The position numbers and the translations under genes were made by a program. Below, piece by piece: positions 1-10,551 of a stretch of 64,000 nucleotides of DNA. Origin of the DNA: Nitrospirota bacterium (lineage in GTDB: Bacteria; Nitrospirota; Nitrospiria; Nitrospirales; Nitrospiraceae); contig CAVPBK010000009.1 in assembly GCA_963701855.1 (NCBI GenBank), forward strand, positions 416,001-480,000, read 5' to 3'. Position 1 is the first letter of the stretch; every line of letters begins with the position of its first letter. The notes below the pieces were generated by a model that did no database searches, was not told where the DNA came from, and saw nothing but the letters and a program-made list of their open reading frames with translations.

Positions 1-123
1 ATCCAGATCCGGCACGACCGAACAGAGCGCACCCAAGACCAGCTCACGCCAACTCAGTTCCTTGCTCTCAAAGGCCTTCCCCATCGCCAGCGCCACAATG
101 GCATGGGAAAATGCAGACGCCAT
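1..123 (-). CDS. Metal-dependent hydrolase, YdjM/YbcI-like inner membrane protein (5' part; runs off window)
   Basis: Manual translation from ATG 123: MASAFSHAIVALAMGKAF...LGALCSVVPDLD (N-terminal SH and PDLD motifs); AAGAGGT RBS upstream. Not in ORF track. Confidence 0.7.
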   Translation of the reverse strand, partial: MASAFSHAIVALAMGKAFESKELSWRELVLGALCSVVPDLD

Positions 124-394
124 TCGACACCTCTTACTGCGATTCTGGAACCGTGAGACCCTACGCCTGGAAAGCCGGCGCGTCAAGAACAGGGTGATGG
201 AGAGGGAGGAACGGGTGAGAGCAAGAGAGCAGAGACTGTGGTTTATAGGTGATGGCTCGGATAGACCACTGTCTGTCTGGAACAGGCATTAGCCATGGTT
301 TCAAAAACTCCATCTCTGACTCCTGACATTTGCGATACGCGCATCGCTGCATGCGCGAGGCGAACAACGTTCACCAAAAACGAGAACCGGACAC

Positions 395-775
395 CTAACT
401 TCCAAGATTGAGCAATGCGGGAGATGCGCGTTTACCAGAACGGGTCTTCAGCAGTTGAATAAGCTCAATTCGCAGCGTGCGATTCAGACGTTGCCGTGCC
501 TCAAGCGGCAGGCGAAGAAACTCTACCCCGAACTGATTGCCCTGGACCCATTTGATCGTGCCGAGGTCAATAGACAGCGCCGGCGTCTGATTGGGGAGCA
601 GAACACTCACGCGCACGTCACTGCCGCAAAGAACCTCGCGATCGCACATGACGGAGCAACCCATCAGCGATAGGTTGCTCAAGGTACCTTCGCCGACAAA
701 TGGAGCTCCACCGAAGATGACAGGACAGAAAAGCGGGAATCGATGATAGGTTCGAGAATAACGAAGTGGCGCCAT
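395..775 (-). CDS. PilZ domain protein
   Basis: RxxxR (SRTYHRF) and NLSxxG (NLSLMGC) motifs, FGVEF; GGAGG RBS before ATG 775. Confidence 0.85.
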   Translation of the reverse strand: MAPLRYSRTYHRFPLFCPVIFGGAPFVGEGTLSNLSLMGCSVMCDREVLCGSDVRVSVLLPNQTPALSIDLGTIKWVQGNQFGVEFLRLPLEARQRLNRTLRIELIQLLKTRSGKRASPALLNLGS

Positions 776-1059
776 CACAGCCTCCGTGACGCAGGATTGT
801 ACCGAGGGAGGCACTGTGAACGGTATCCTACCTTAGGAGGGGAAGTCCTAACCGGTTGCTTTTGTTTGGTTGAACCAGAGAGACCACAAACGACGAGAAT
901 CGGACGCGAGTGACCTGAGGCATTCGAACAGTAGAGTATTCCCCTTTATCCACACCGTATGCAGCTTAGGACTCCTCTATCCTACATGAATCATGCGGGT
1001 GAACTATCCCATAAATAATAATTCTCTTTCGATGGACCAAGTCATGTCCTACACTGACT

Positions 1060-2187
1060 ATGCAAGAAGGACATCGTGTCATCAGAGGAGCGCCCATGAC
1101 GAGCCAAGAGAAGCAAGCCCATACCATAAAAGTATTGGTCATTTTCGTCTTGAGCCTCTGGTTTTTCGTGTCGGCAGAGTCTCTTGGCATCTTAGAGGCC
1201 GCTATTGGAAAGGACGAACCTCCGACATTTGTGGCCTGGCCTGAGAAGGGGTTAGGGCTTTCGATCGACTTAGCCGGTTTCAAAAAAGACATCGACCAGG
1301 TCAAACCGGACGGTCGCCGCTATCTCACCGCCTCACATCCCAAGACTGGACTCAACGTGGCAGTCACCCTTGAGAAAGTACCGACCCAGGTTTCAGCACA
1401 AGGATGCAGGGAACAACTCCAACTGATACGGAACGGCCCGTTAGTCACCCATGGGCAAGACATCAAACTCAACGCCGCCGGTAAAACACCGACTCTTGAA
1501 TATACCCTGCGCAAGTTCCGGGGAGTCCGGCTGGATCAGAAAAATATGTATGCCTGCATGGCACAAGACAACGTCTACGCCGACATCCAACTTTCGAAGA
1601 TGCACTACACCGCAGCCGATGCGCCACTCTTTCAATCAATTCTCGAAACCGCCCGCTTGCAGCCAGAACCCTCACAGATCATACAGTCCCAGCTGCCAAC
1701 ACTGCCAAAGATCATACAGCCCCAGCCACCAGCACCGCCCAACAGCAGGGAATTACTCGATATAGGAACCGCACTCTACCGGCAGAACAACTACGCCCAA
1801 GCCATTCCACCCTATCAAAAAGCATTCGATCTTGAAAAAGTAGAGCCGCAACTCGACCGGAATCTTTGGCGCGTCCTAATCGACAATTTAGGCATGGCCT
1901 ATGAAATGACCGGCCGCCTCAAGGAAGCAAAAGCCACGTTTCAACAGGGAATACAAGCCGACCCCACCTATCCGATGTTCCACTATAATCTGGCCTGCAC
2001 GTTTGCAGAAATGAACGACCTCGATCATGCCATGCAGTCGCTCACCATAGCGTTTCGCCATCGCAAGAATCAGAATCCTGCCGACAAGGGAATGCCCGAC
2101 CCACGCCAGAACTCATCCTTTCAGCGCTTCATGAAGAATGAGACCTTCCGTAACCTGGTCAACGATCTAACCCCATCAAAGAGCTAG
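1060..2187 (+). CDS. Exported TPR-repeat protein
   Basis: N-terminal hydrophobic segment; C-terminal TPRs (NLGMAYEMTG, YNLACTFA); start could be the later ATG (MTSQ). Confidence 0.75.
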   Translation: MQEGHRVIRGAPMTSQEKQAHTIKVLVIFVLSLWFFVSAESLGILEAAIGKDEPPTFVAWPEKGLGLSIDLAGFKKDIDQVKPDGRRYLTASHPKTGLNVAVTLEKVPTQVSAQGCREQLQLIRNGPLVTHGQDIKLNAAGKTPTLEYTLRKFRGVRLDQKNMYACMAQDNVYADIQLSKMHYTAADAPLFQSILETARLQPEPSQIIQSQLPTLPKIIQPQPPAPPNSRELLDIGTALYRQNNYAQAIPPYQKAFDLEKVEPQLDRNLWRVLIDNLGMAYEMTGRLKEAKATFQQGIQADPTYPMFHYNLACTFAEMNDLDHAMQSLTIAFRHRKNQNPADKGMPDPRQNSSFQRFMKNETFRNLVNDLTPSKS

Positions 2188-2415
2188 CCCACTGATTCAT
2201 GAACGTGTCTGCTGCAATCTCAGATTCGCCGCTAGATTCTCCATCACTCGTCGTTTGTGAAGCGTATCTCGAATAGGCCGCCTCCCGTGAAGCATCCATC
2301 GTGACACGTTTTTGGGATTTAACGAGAGACGGACGAAGAGATCCGAGCGACAAAGACCGGACGCGGTGGGAGACCGGCCGGCTAAGCCTTAAGATCTGGC
2401 AAGTCCCTGCTTCGA

Positions 2416-2916
2416 TCAGGCAACTGAGTCATGTCTTGGGAGCTTTGTCCCTGCTCGGAAGGTATGCCGCTTCAATTGACTGATGAGATAGAGCACAATG
2501 ACCAGATTCAACAGCAGCAAGCCGACCCGAAGCATCGATACCCGTTCAATGACCTCGTAGAGTTCGAACGGAAGCAGCAGGCTCGTCGAGACCACCGTCA
2601 GATACGCAGCCCAGGTGAGCTCCAGCCACAATCCGATGCCCTCCACCAACAACATCCCCGCATAGCCCAAACTGACGAGCCCCGCCAGCAGCACACTTTG
2701 AGACTGAAGCGCATCCACCTTCAGAACTAGCGCATGAATGAGGCGAGAGTCGGCATTCAAATGCAGCGCTTCGATCAAAAGCGAGAACAGCGTGGCAATC
2801 TCAGCATGCATTAATTTGAGGAGGCCCAACCCGAGGACGAGTAAGAGCAGCCCCTTCACCACCTTGAACACCGCAATTACGGCCAGGCCTGGATGGTGTG
2901 CGCGTGCCGTCATCAA
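2416..2916 (-). CDS. DUF2127-like membrane protein
   Basis: GLAVIAVFKVVKG, EGIGLW, LPFELYE motifs; 4 hydrophobic helices. Confidence 0.8.
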   Translation of the reverse strand: MMTARAHHPGLAVIAVFKVVKGLLLLVLGLGLLKLMHAEIATLFSLLIEALHLNADSRLIHALVLKVDALQSQSVLLAGLVSLGYAGMLLVEGIGLWLELTWAAYLTVVSTSLLLPFELYEVIERVSMLRVGLLLLNLVIVLYLISQLKRHTFRAGTKLPRHDSVA

Positions 2917-3032
2917 TTCGACAGACTATCACAAAGGACAAGGTGCGGACACCGTAGACAGGCGGGGCTCAGGAAACGGACAGGTTGGATCGTAGCGGCC
3001 GTTCGGGCGGTTCGGTCACAACCGTAGCGGCT

Positions 3033-6000
3033 TCACACACGAAGCTGCTCAAGAAGGGCTCTTGCCTCTATCAATTCACGATTGTCGACGCCTTCATGAA
3101 ACTTGACGCACACAGCATTCAACGTCCGTATGGCCTCATCGACCTTATGGCGTGTCTTCCAGAATCTCGCTAGGCTCATGGCCGTTCGAAGCTCCAGCAT
3201 AGTTGCATGCTGATCCTGCGCAATCCTCAGAGCGTCGCACAAACATTGTTCTGCCGCATGGACTGATTCGTCGGATTGATCGGATTGCCCGAGCAGCAGT
3301 TCGCCTTTCAGTCGCAGCAGTTCAGCTTGCCAAAACAGTTCTCCCCCAGGTACGGCGAGCTTCCGCGCTTCCTCAATAGCACTCAAGCCTTCGTCAATGC
3401 GGTTCTTTCGTAAATAGAGTTCTGCAAGCAACGCCAATGACAATGTGTTGTTGATATTTGCACCTGTGACCCGAGTAGCGGAAAGGCCGTTGATTAACAT
3501 GCCGAGACCATCCTCTCGCCCCAGTTCGGCCAACGCCCAACCGTGAAAGGTCGTCGACCATGCCAACCCCAATTCAAATCCGTATTGTGTGGAAAGCGCA
3601 ATGGCTTCGCTAGTGAGATCCAGCGTTCTCTGTGCATTGCGAATAGTGGAATAGAGCCAGGAAAGCAGACATAACGTATACACCCGATTGAATGGGTGTT
3701 CCAACTCCCTCGCCCTACCGATGGCCTCAAGCGCCAGCGGTTCAACTTGCTCAACCTCACCTAGAAACCATAATGTCCTGGCCAGATGAAGCCTCGCGGC
3801 TATGCCGGGATCTTGGCCATAGAGAAAGGCATGTGAACGGTGTTGAGTCGGATCATAAAGAGATGTCGTAGTGAGCAGGTGGGTTTTTGCTTCATTGAAC
3901 AGGCCAAGGGGTAAATAGGTCGTACCTAAACTCCGGTGAGCTTCAATCAGTAGGTCCGAGCTTTGTTCGCGGACAGCCAGAGCGAGGAGATGTTCGGCTA
4001 GGTCGCGAGCCGTGGCGAGTTGCCCTCTGACCAGATGGAATACCCATAACCCCCAATTGGCACGAAACTCATGGATACAATCGACGATCCCCCGTGACAA
4101 ATCCTTCGCCCGGCTATAATTGTGTTCCATATCGTCGGATGCATAGCCTTTGACCGACAGCAGAGGGGCTCCGCGTGCGATGAGCAACTCCAACTCCATG
4201 GCATCGCGCTCCCGGCCTTGCGGCAGATCCTTGAGCACGTCGAGCGCCCGATTAAAGTGGTGGAGCGCTTCGATAGTGGCTGATCGTTCCGCATCTCTCC
4301 GGGCCGCACGAAACCAATATTCAACCGCGGGCCCTGCGAGCCCTGCCTGTTCATAATGAAATGCCAGGAGTTCCGGTTCCCGTGTGACACGCTCGGCAAA
4401 ACGACTCTCCAATGCCTTGGCGATTCGAGCATGGAGTAATCGGCGAGGCTTCTTGGGGAGTGTACTGTAGGCCGCCTCTTGGACGAGCGCATGCTTGAAG
4501 TGGTAGGTCGCATTCGGGATCTCACCCTCTTGAAAGATCAGCCCGGACGCGACGAACACGTCGAGGGCATGCTTCAACTGGTTGTCTGTCGCGTCGACCG
4601 TTGCCTGCAGCAATTCGTAGGTAAACTCCCGTCCTATCGCAGCTCCGGTTTGGACAATGTCTTTGGCCGGTCCCAATCGGTCCACCCGTTCCATGAGCAA
4701 CGCGTGCAGACTGTCCGGAATAGGCAGTTCCTGTAATGGACCCTTCAACGTAAACGCATGGCTCCCCTCAGCCAGCAGTCCGGATTCAACCACATTTTCC
4801 GTCAGCGCTTCGATATAGAGAGGCACGCCGTCGGTTTTCGCCAAAATCGCCTGCTGCACTTCGGGAGGCAGCACCTTTCCTCCTGTCAGCGCCGCCACGA
4901 GTTCGGCGCTCTGTCGACGTGGAAGACGGCTAAGCGTCAGGAACGTCACGTGACTATAGTCCGCCCACACCGGCTTGAAGTCGGGACGAAAAGCGATCAC
5001 CAACAACACGCGCATCTGCCGGATGCGGTCAATGATGCGTGTCATGAGGTCCTGCGTGGTGGGATCGAGCCAATGGGCATCTTCCACGATAAACAACAGG
5101 GGGGAACGATCGGCCAGTCCTTGTAGATGACGCACGACGGCTTCCAACGTCATATTTTTGCGTTTTTCAGCCGACACATTGAGCGGCGGGTATCGGTGAT
5201 CTCCCGGGATCGAGAGCAGATCCTCCAGCAAAGAAATGGCTTCCTCGTTATCGATGCCGCTCTCGCTCGCCATGACGTCGAGCTTCCGCCGTTGCACCTC
5301 GGCACTGTCCTGACTCGTGAGTCCTGCGATCTCCCGCAGAAAGTTGATCGCGGGATAGAGCGCAGTATTGGTATGGTAGGGCGAACATTGAAATTGCACC
5401 CTCTGATACTGCTCATTGGAGAGACGGTCACAGAAACGACGGATCATTCTCGACTTTCCAATACCGGCCTCACCACAAAGAAGCACCACCTGCCCTTCGC
5501 CGCCGATCGTTTCACGCCAGCGACCCAAGAGGAGAGCGACCTCATCTTCTCTGCCGACGAAATTGGTGAGTTGAATGGCTTGATAGGATTCAAACCGGCT
5601 GGTCGACGACTTACTGCTCAGCACCTGCCAGGCTTGGACTGAACTGTCGAATCCCTTCAGAGAAAAGGCGCCAAGATCCACGACATCGAACGCATTGCCG
5701 ACATGACGTTTCGTCACCGGGTCGATGATCAGCTGATTGGGTTGTGCCAGGGCCTGAAGGCGGGCGGCAAGATTCGGGGTTTCGCCGAATACCGACCGTT
5801 CCTTGGCGGTGTCCTGCCCCATGACTTCACCGACAACGACCGGACCGGTCGCAATTCCAATACGTGCAGCAATACCAAACTCCGGATGGGGATTTTCTTG
5901 AGTGAGTCTCTTCACCGTATCCAGAATAGCCAATCCGGCATAGACGGCTCGTTCCGCATCGGTTTCGTACGCATGGGGATATCCAAAATAGACCAACATC

Positions 6001-6437
6001 CCGTCACCCATGTACTTGGCGATGTAGCCGTTGAACCGGCCGACCGCTTGGGTGCAGCCGTCTAAAAAACGTCGGATAATATCCTGGAGGTCTTCAGGGT
6101 CCACACGGCGAGACAGAACGGTCGAATCCACCAGATCACAAAACATCACCGTCAACTGACGACGTTCGGCTTGATCTCGTTCGGGAGGGGATGGTGACGG
6201 GCTCGGACTGACGGCGCTGGGGAGAGATCCCGGGCCCACCACGTCAGCGCGCGATGGCAATTGCGCAATCGCGCGCAAGAGAATTTTCCGATGTCCCAGT
6301 AACACACCCAGCGATTCCAGGTCGCCCTGATTCAGCTCGGGGAGGATATCCCACGTAATCGCATTTTTTTCAAATGCCTCACGGTAGCTCCCGAGACCCA
6401 GATTCTCCAGCCACGCTGAGAGACGATCAGGCATCAT
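3033..6437 (-). CDS. SAM + class III adenylate/guanylate cyclase + STAND-type ATPase + TPR protein
   Basis: SAM (WLENLGL...LGHRK); cyclase motifs TVMFCDLVDST, KYMGDG, GETPNLAARLQ; Walker A GEAGIGKS; Walker B IVEDAHW; helical repeat C-terminus. Confidence 0.92.
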   Translation of the reverse strand: MMPDRLSAWLENLGLGSYREAFEKNAITWDILPELNQGDLESLGVLLGHRKILLRAIAQLPSRADVVGPGSLPSAVSPSPSPSPPERDQAERRQLTVMFCDLVDSTVLSRRVDPEDLQDIIRRFLDGCTQAVGRFNGYIAKYMGDGMLVYFGYPHAYETDAERAVYAGLAILDTVKRLTQENPHPEFGIAARIGIATGPVVVGEVMGQDTAKERSVFGETPNLAARLQALAQPNQLIIDPVTKRHVGNAFDVVDLGAFSLKGFDSSVQAWQVLSSKSSTSRFESYQAIQLTNFVGREDEVALLLGRWRETIGGEGQVVLLCGEAGIGKSRMIRRFCDRLSNEQYQRVQFQCSPYHTNTALYPAINFLREIAGLTSQDSAEVQRRKLDVMASESGIDNEEAISLLEDLLSIPGDHRYPPLNVSAEKRKNMTLEAVVRHLQGLADRSPLLFIVEDAHWLDPTTQDLMTRIIDRIRQMRVLLVIAFRPDFKPVWADYSHVTFLTLSRLPRRQSAELVAALTGGKVLPPEVQQAILAKTDGVPLYIEALTENVVESGLLAEGSHAFTLKGPLQELPIPDSLHALLMERVDRLGPAKDIVQTGAAIGREFTYELLQATVDATDNQLKHALDVFVASGLIFQEGEIPNATYHFKHALVQEAAYSTLPKKPRRLLHARIAKALESRFAERVTREPELLAFHYEQAGLAGPAVEYWFRAARRDAERSATIEALHHFNRALDVLKDLPQGRERDAMELELLIARGAPLLSVKGYASDDMEHNYSRAKDLSRGIVDCIHEFRANWGLWVFHLVRGQLATARDLAEHLLALAVREQSSDLLIEAHRSLGTTYLPLGLFNEAKTHLLTTTSLYDPTQHRSHAFLYGQDPGIAARLHLARTLWFLGEVEQVEPLALEAIGRARELEHPFNRVYTLCLLSWLYSTIRNAQRTLDLTSEAIALSTQYGFELGLAWSTTFHGWALAELGREDGLGMLINGLSATRVTGANINNTLSLALLAELYLRKNRIDEGLSAIEEARKLAVPGGELFWQAELLRLKGELLLGQSDQSDESVHAAEQCLCDALRIAQDQHATMLELRTAMSLARFWKTRHKVDEAIRTLNAVCVKFHEGVDNRELIEARALLEQLRV

Positions 6438-6491
6438 GAGTCACATCGTGATTGGACATTTCTGCCTCAGTTGGGATACGGTCGTTCACCT

Positions 6492-6647
6492 ATGAAGAAC
6501 AGCGCGTCTACGGACACAATCGATACAAGGCCTGCCAAGCGGCACGTCGAGCGCTGGCTGGTTGGCATGGCAATGACCGTCCTGGCCTATTTGATGGAAA
6601 AAGCCATGTTGCGTTCGATCAAGCGCAGCGGCACGAAATCTTCGTAA
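6492..6647 (+). CDS. Small hypothetical protein (51 aa)
   Basis: Manual ORF MKNSASTDT...VERWLVGMAMTVLAYLMEKAMLRSIKR; below the track cutoff. Confidence 0.35.
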   Translation: MKNSASTDTIDTRPAKRHVERWLVGMAMTVLAYLMEKAMLRSIKRSGTKSS

Positions 6648-6681
6648 CGGAATCGACCTGCCTCATCACCCACTCTCATCT

Positions 6682-7752
6682 TCACCGCCCTCGCAGCAGA
6701 TCGATCACCAGGCCGATGGTCAAGAGACCGGCCACGATCCCGAACGTGATCGGAGCCCAATCCGCAACTCCCGCCGCCGTGACCGTGAGTCCGCCGGCCA
6801 AAATACTCGCCGCAGCGGTCAGACCGAGCACGAGACGCCGTCCCGTGCGGTGGACCATATCCTCAGGGTATTCGCCCGGAAATTCACCACAAGCTTTTCA
6901 CCGGAGCGAGCCCCGACGAGGGTTTCGACCGCTTCGATGACGCGCACGGTACACCCAATTCCTGCTCCGAGACCCGGACAACCTCACTCTCGGGCATCGG
7001 CGGCACGCGGCTCTGCAACAGGGCCAGTTCTTCAATGTACTCGACCGGAAAGAGATCCGGTCTGGTCGACAACACTTGGCCACATTTCGAAAATGTCGGA
7101 CCCAATTCCTCCAGGGCTTCTCGGAGACGCTTAGCCTGTCGGCGGCGGATGGTCACGTCCCGTTCGCCGGATTGACCGAACAGTTCTTTGAGACCGTGCT
7201 TCGCCATCACACTGGCGATCCTCGCCGCTCGAGCCAGCAGCCGGGGCTCAAGAGGCGGGACTTCAACTTTCAACAGATGAACGTCCTGGCCGGAGCCCAA
7301 TGCAGTCTGACCGCCAGACGGGAAGGTGTTCACGATGATCACAGTGCAGCGGGCATTGTGACTGATGCGGTTCGGTACGTTGCCGAGCAAAAGCTCCTTC
7401 CGTCCCGCCATGCCGGAATTACCGACCACGAGAACATCGACAGCTTCCTGCTCGACGGCGCGGACGATCGCGGAAGCCGGATCGGCATCCATCACGACTA
7501 AGGCACGGCCACGCTCCCCGGCGACCTGCCGCACTTAGACCGCCAGCTCATCGTCAGCGGCAGCAGAGCGTGTCCGTTCGGCTGCGCTGAATTTTGTGGC
7601 AGCCGGATAGTGCGGAACCTGCACCTGTACCACGAACAGCTCTGCGTTAGCCGGCGAATCGGCAGCCAGCGGACGGAGCGGTCGGCGCTTTCAGAACGGT
7701 CGGTGCCAACCATCACACGCCGTATGGCGCTATTTTCAGCAAGACCCGTCAT
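6682..7752 (-). pseudogene. Universal stress protein-ABC1/AarF (UbiB) kinase fusion, frameshifted and internally deleted
   Basis: USP motifs VMVGTDRSESA and LVVGNSG...[18 protein letters not shown]1 motif [20 protein letters not shown]; jumps to C-terminal TM hairpin (RLVLGL...LVIDLLRGR*) with the kinase core missing; several frame changes. Confidence 0.8.
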
Positions 7753-8148
7753 ACACTTCGATCGCCCTTTATGAAGATCTGCATCGGTATCGACAAAGTC
7801 ACGTTGTCCCGTAACCCGTCTCAGAAATTCCGTTCATTACCCCAATACTAAACCGTTGAAGTATACGCCTCACCTCACAGAAAGGACACTTGCCGGCGGC
7901 CACACCCGCGCGAGGCCTGTATCGAAAAGCTCTAATTCCATGACGACGCTGATGGCAATACCTGCTCGATGCCCGCTACGGTCACGAGAGAGGAACGACG
8001 ATTCACAAACCAATGAGGATCACACCGGAGGGCCGCTGGCAGGACTGAAACAACCTGGTTGAGATCATCTAGATATTGCTACAAGGCCGGACCCTCAAAT
8101 CTTGTCCATGTGTGGAACTGACAATTGCACGCCGGGTTGTGGAAACCC

Positions 8149-8535
8149 TTACTTCTCGATCTCGAACCCGTCGCTTTTCCACCAGCGCCAGCCTCCGTCC
8201 AACTCCATCACCGGGTAGCCCTTCTTCGTAAATTCCACTGCCGCCGATGCCGCAAGATGACACACGTGTGAATAACAATAGAGGACATTGATCTTATCCT
8301 TGCGTAGGATGGCTTTGAGCTGCTTGGCGTTACCCCATTGGTCTTTCGGCAAATTGGCCGCTGCCGGGATATGGCCCTCGGCATAATCTTCTGCGGCCCG
8401 CACGTCTACGACATTCACAGGTTGGCCCTGCTTCATCCACCGCTCCAACTCAACAGGACCGGTCGTGAAGGACAGCTTGTCCCGAAAGTACTTTTTGGCT
8501 TTCGCTGCGCTGGGAATCTTCATCTTTGCGGCCAT
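8149..8535 (-). CDS. Rhodanese-like domain protein
   Basis: VVDVR...GHIPAA, LYCY, ELDGGWRWW. Confidence 0.9.
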   Translation of the reverse strand: MAAKMKIPSAAKAKKYFRDKLSFTTGPVELERWMKQGQPVNVVDVRAAEDYAEGHIPAAANLPKDQWGNAKQLKAILRKDKINVLYCYSHVCHLAASAAVEFTKKGYPVMELDGGWRWWKSDGFEIEK

Positions 8536-8738
8536 GCTCTTCCTCCTCTATGTTTCAACACAATGTCGCTCACCCTTCGAAGCTGTATCTTCACCCAACC
8601 GCTTGCTCCATCCTCTTTTGTCCCACACACCGGGGTACCCTGTCGACGGCCACAAACGGGTGACCTCTCCGGTCGACACGGTTGCGCCATCATCCATGTC
8701 GACCGGTGAAAAGCCGGTTCTCTGCTCACATCAACCCG

Positions 8739-8993
8739 CTACTGCGCATAGTTCTCGACGACGACCGGCGGACGAACCTGAGCCATGCCTGGATCCTGAC
8801 CGGCGTCACGCAGGCCTCGGCGCTGCCGCAACAGATCCCAGCATTGATCCAATTCAACTTGGATTTTCGCGAGCTGCTCCCGGTCGGCGCCGGGCGACGC
8901 CCCTCCCGTCCCTTGCGCGTATAGTCGATGCTCTTCTGTCACCAGCTTCTGGATTTGATTCAAGACCGTTTGATCTTCGTCATAATCGCTCAT
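8739..8993 (-). CDS. DUF2630 family protein
   Basis: ELDQCWDLLRQRR and VVENY motifs. Confidence 0.85.
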   Translation of the reverse strand: MSDYDEDQTVLNQIQKLVTEEHRLYAQGTGGASPGADREQLAKIQVELDQCWDLLRQRRGLRDAGQDPGMAQVRPPVVVENYAQ

Positions 8994-9016
8994 AGATGCC
9001 TCCTTTCTACATCATC

Positions 9017-9700
9017 TTACGATGGTCCGACAGGAATCAATGCGCCGTTGATCGCAGCCGTGTCATCAGACATGAGCCACACGAGCAGCTGCGCGATCGA
9101 CTCCGGTTTTACCCAGGTGGATCGGTCGGCATTGGGCATACTCCCCCGGTTTGCCGGCGTGTCGATCGTTCCAGGAAGAATGCCGTTCACCGTAACCCCG
9201 GCTCCTTCCAACTCCAGCGCCAGGACTCGTATCAACGAGACGAGCGCCGACTTCGCCACGAGATAGGCCGCCGCTCCGGGAAACGGTTCCAGCGCCACAC
9301 GCGCCGCGATATGCACAAGACGGCCCCTCCGCCTGGCCGTCATATGTGGGATCACTGCCCGAGACAACAAAAACGCCAACGTCACATTCAGCGAGAGCAT
9401 CTTCTCCCACTGCGCCGCATCAGTGTCGACGGCCGTTCCCGACACAAACCCTCCCACAAGATTGATCACACCATCGATTCGCCCGGCCTGTTTCACCGTG
9501 TCCGCCACCGCCCGCATCACCTCGGCCTCATTCGTGACATCGGCCGCGAATCCTCCTCGCCGCTCAATGACGTCCTGAGGCAGCACCCGATCCACGATCA
9601 TGATCGTCGCTCCCGCTCCGGAGAGAATCGGCATGACGACAGAACCCAGTCCGCCTCTAGCCCCGGTGAGAAGAATGACTTTTCCATCCAGCCGCATCAT
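9017..9700 (-). CDS. SDR family oxidoreductase
   Basis: TGARGGLG, YLVAK (YxxxK), ILPGTIDT. Confidence 0.9.
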   Translation of the reverse strand: MMRLDGKVILLTGARGGLGSVVMPILSGAGATIMIVDRVLPQDVIERRGGFAADVTNEAEVMRAVADTVKQAGRIDGVINLVGGFVSGTAVDTDAAQWEKMLSLNVTLAFLLSRAVIPHMTARRRGRLVHIAARVALEPFPGAAAYLVAKSALVSLIRVLALELEGAGVTVNGILPGTIDTPANRGSMPNADRSTWVKPESIAQLLVWLMSDDTAAINGALIPVGPS

Positions 9701-9719
9701 CCGCTCTTGCGTTCTTTCT

Positions 9720-10466
9720 TTAGACTTCCAGGTCTTGATTGGTTTCCCATATGAGCACCTCCGCTCCCCTGCCGGCGTCAGCCGTCAGTCGCCGCGCGCC
9801 GGCTGCCACGAGACGGACGGCATCGCCGTGGTGAAGCACATCAGCACCCTCGAGTTCGGCACCCCCCTTGGCAATGAAGAGATGCACATACGGAGCATCG
9901 GGGATCTGCACCGACTCCCCGGGCTTGAGTCGCCCACCCCATAGCACCGCACCTCGCTGTTTGATGGAGATGGCGGCCTCATGGCCGCGCCCTGAAGCGA
10001 TGGGGATCAAGCCGCCCCGGTCCAGCGCTCCGTTAATGTCCAGTTGCTCATAACTCGGATTGATATGTTCCGTATCCGGCGGCACCCACATCTGGATAAA
10101 GTGTACGTCCTTGTCATCCATCGAGTTCATTTCCGAGTGCCGAATCCCGGTACCGGCACTCATGCGCTGGGCCAACCCGGGATAGAGAATGCCGATATTG
10201 CCCTCCGAATCTTTATGCTCAAGTTCGCCGTCGAGCACCCAGGTCACAATTTCCATATCGTGATGAGGATGCGTACGGAACCCCATCTCGGGCTTCACCA
10301 CATCATCATTACTCACCAGAAGCAGTCCATGATGGGTGTTCAGAGGATCATAGTGGTCTGCAAAACTGAAGCTATGATGGGAATCGAGCCAACTGATCTG
10401 TGTGTGAAACCGCTGATAACTGCGGCGAATATCGATGTGGGATTGAATAGCCTCTCGTGTGCTCAT
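9720..10466 (-). CDS. Pirin family protein (YhhW-like)
   Basis: HSFSFA, FRTHPHHDMEI, HKDS, MSAGTGIRHSE, FIQMW. Confidence 0.92.
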   Translation of the reverse strand: MSTREAIQSHIDIRRSYQRFHTQISWLDSHHSFSFADHYDPLNTHHGLLLVSNDDVVKPEMGFRTHPHHDMEIVTWVLDGELEHKDSEGNIGILYPGLAQRMSAGTGIRHSEMNSMDDKDVHFIQMWVPPDTEHINPSYEQLDINGALDRGGLIPIASGRGHEAAISIKQRGAVLWGGRLKPGESVQIPDAPYVHLFIAKGGAELEGADVLHHGDAVRLVAAGARRLTADAGRGAEVLIWETNQDLEV

Positions 10467-10509
10467 GATGTGTTCCTCCCCTGATCACGCCGATCCGAGC
10501 GAGGAAGAC

Positions 10510-10536
10510 GATGGGCAGGGAGAACCCCTGCCCATC
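10510..10536. terminator. GC-rich hairpin between catalase and pirin genes
   Basis: GATGGGCAGGG-N5-CCCTGCCCATC, 11-bp stem; no clear U-tract. Confidence 0.4.
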
Positions 10537-10551
10537 CTGCTTCCGGCCTGA

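Noticed and set aside
1675..1740. 33-bp tandem duplication in the TPR gene (QIIQSQLPTLP/KIIQPQPPAPP)
   Set aside because: Ordinary Pro/Gln linker expansion
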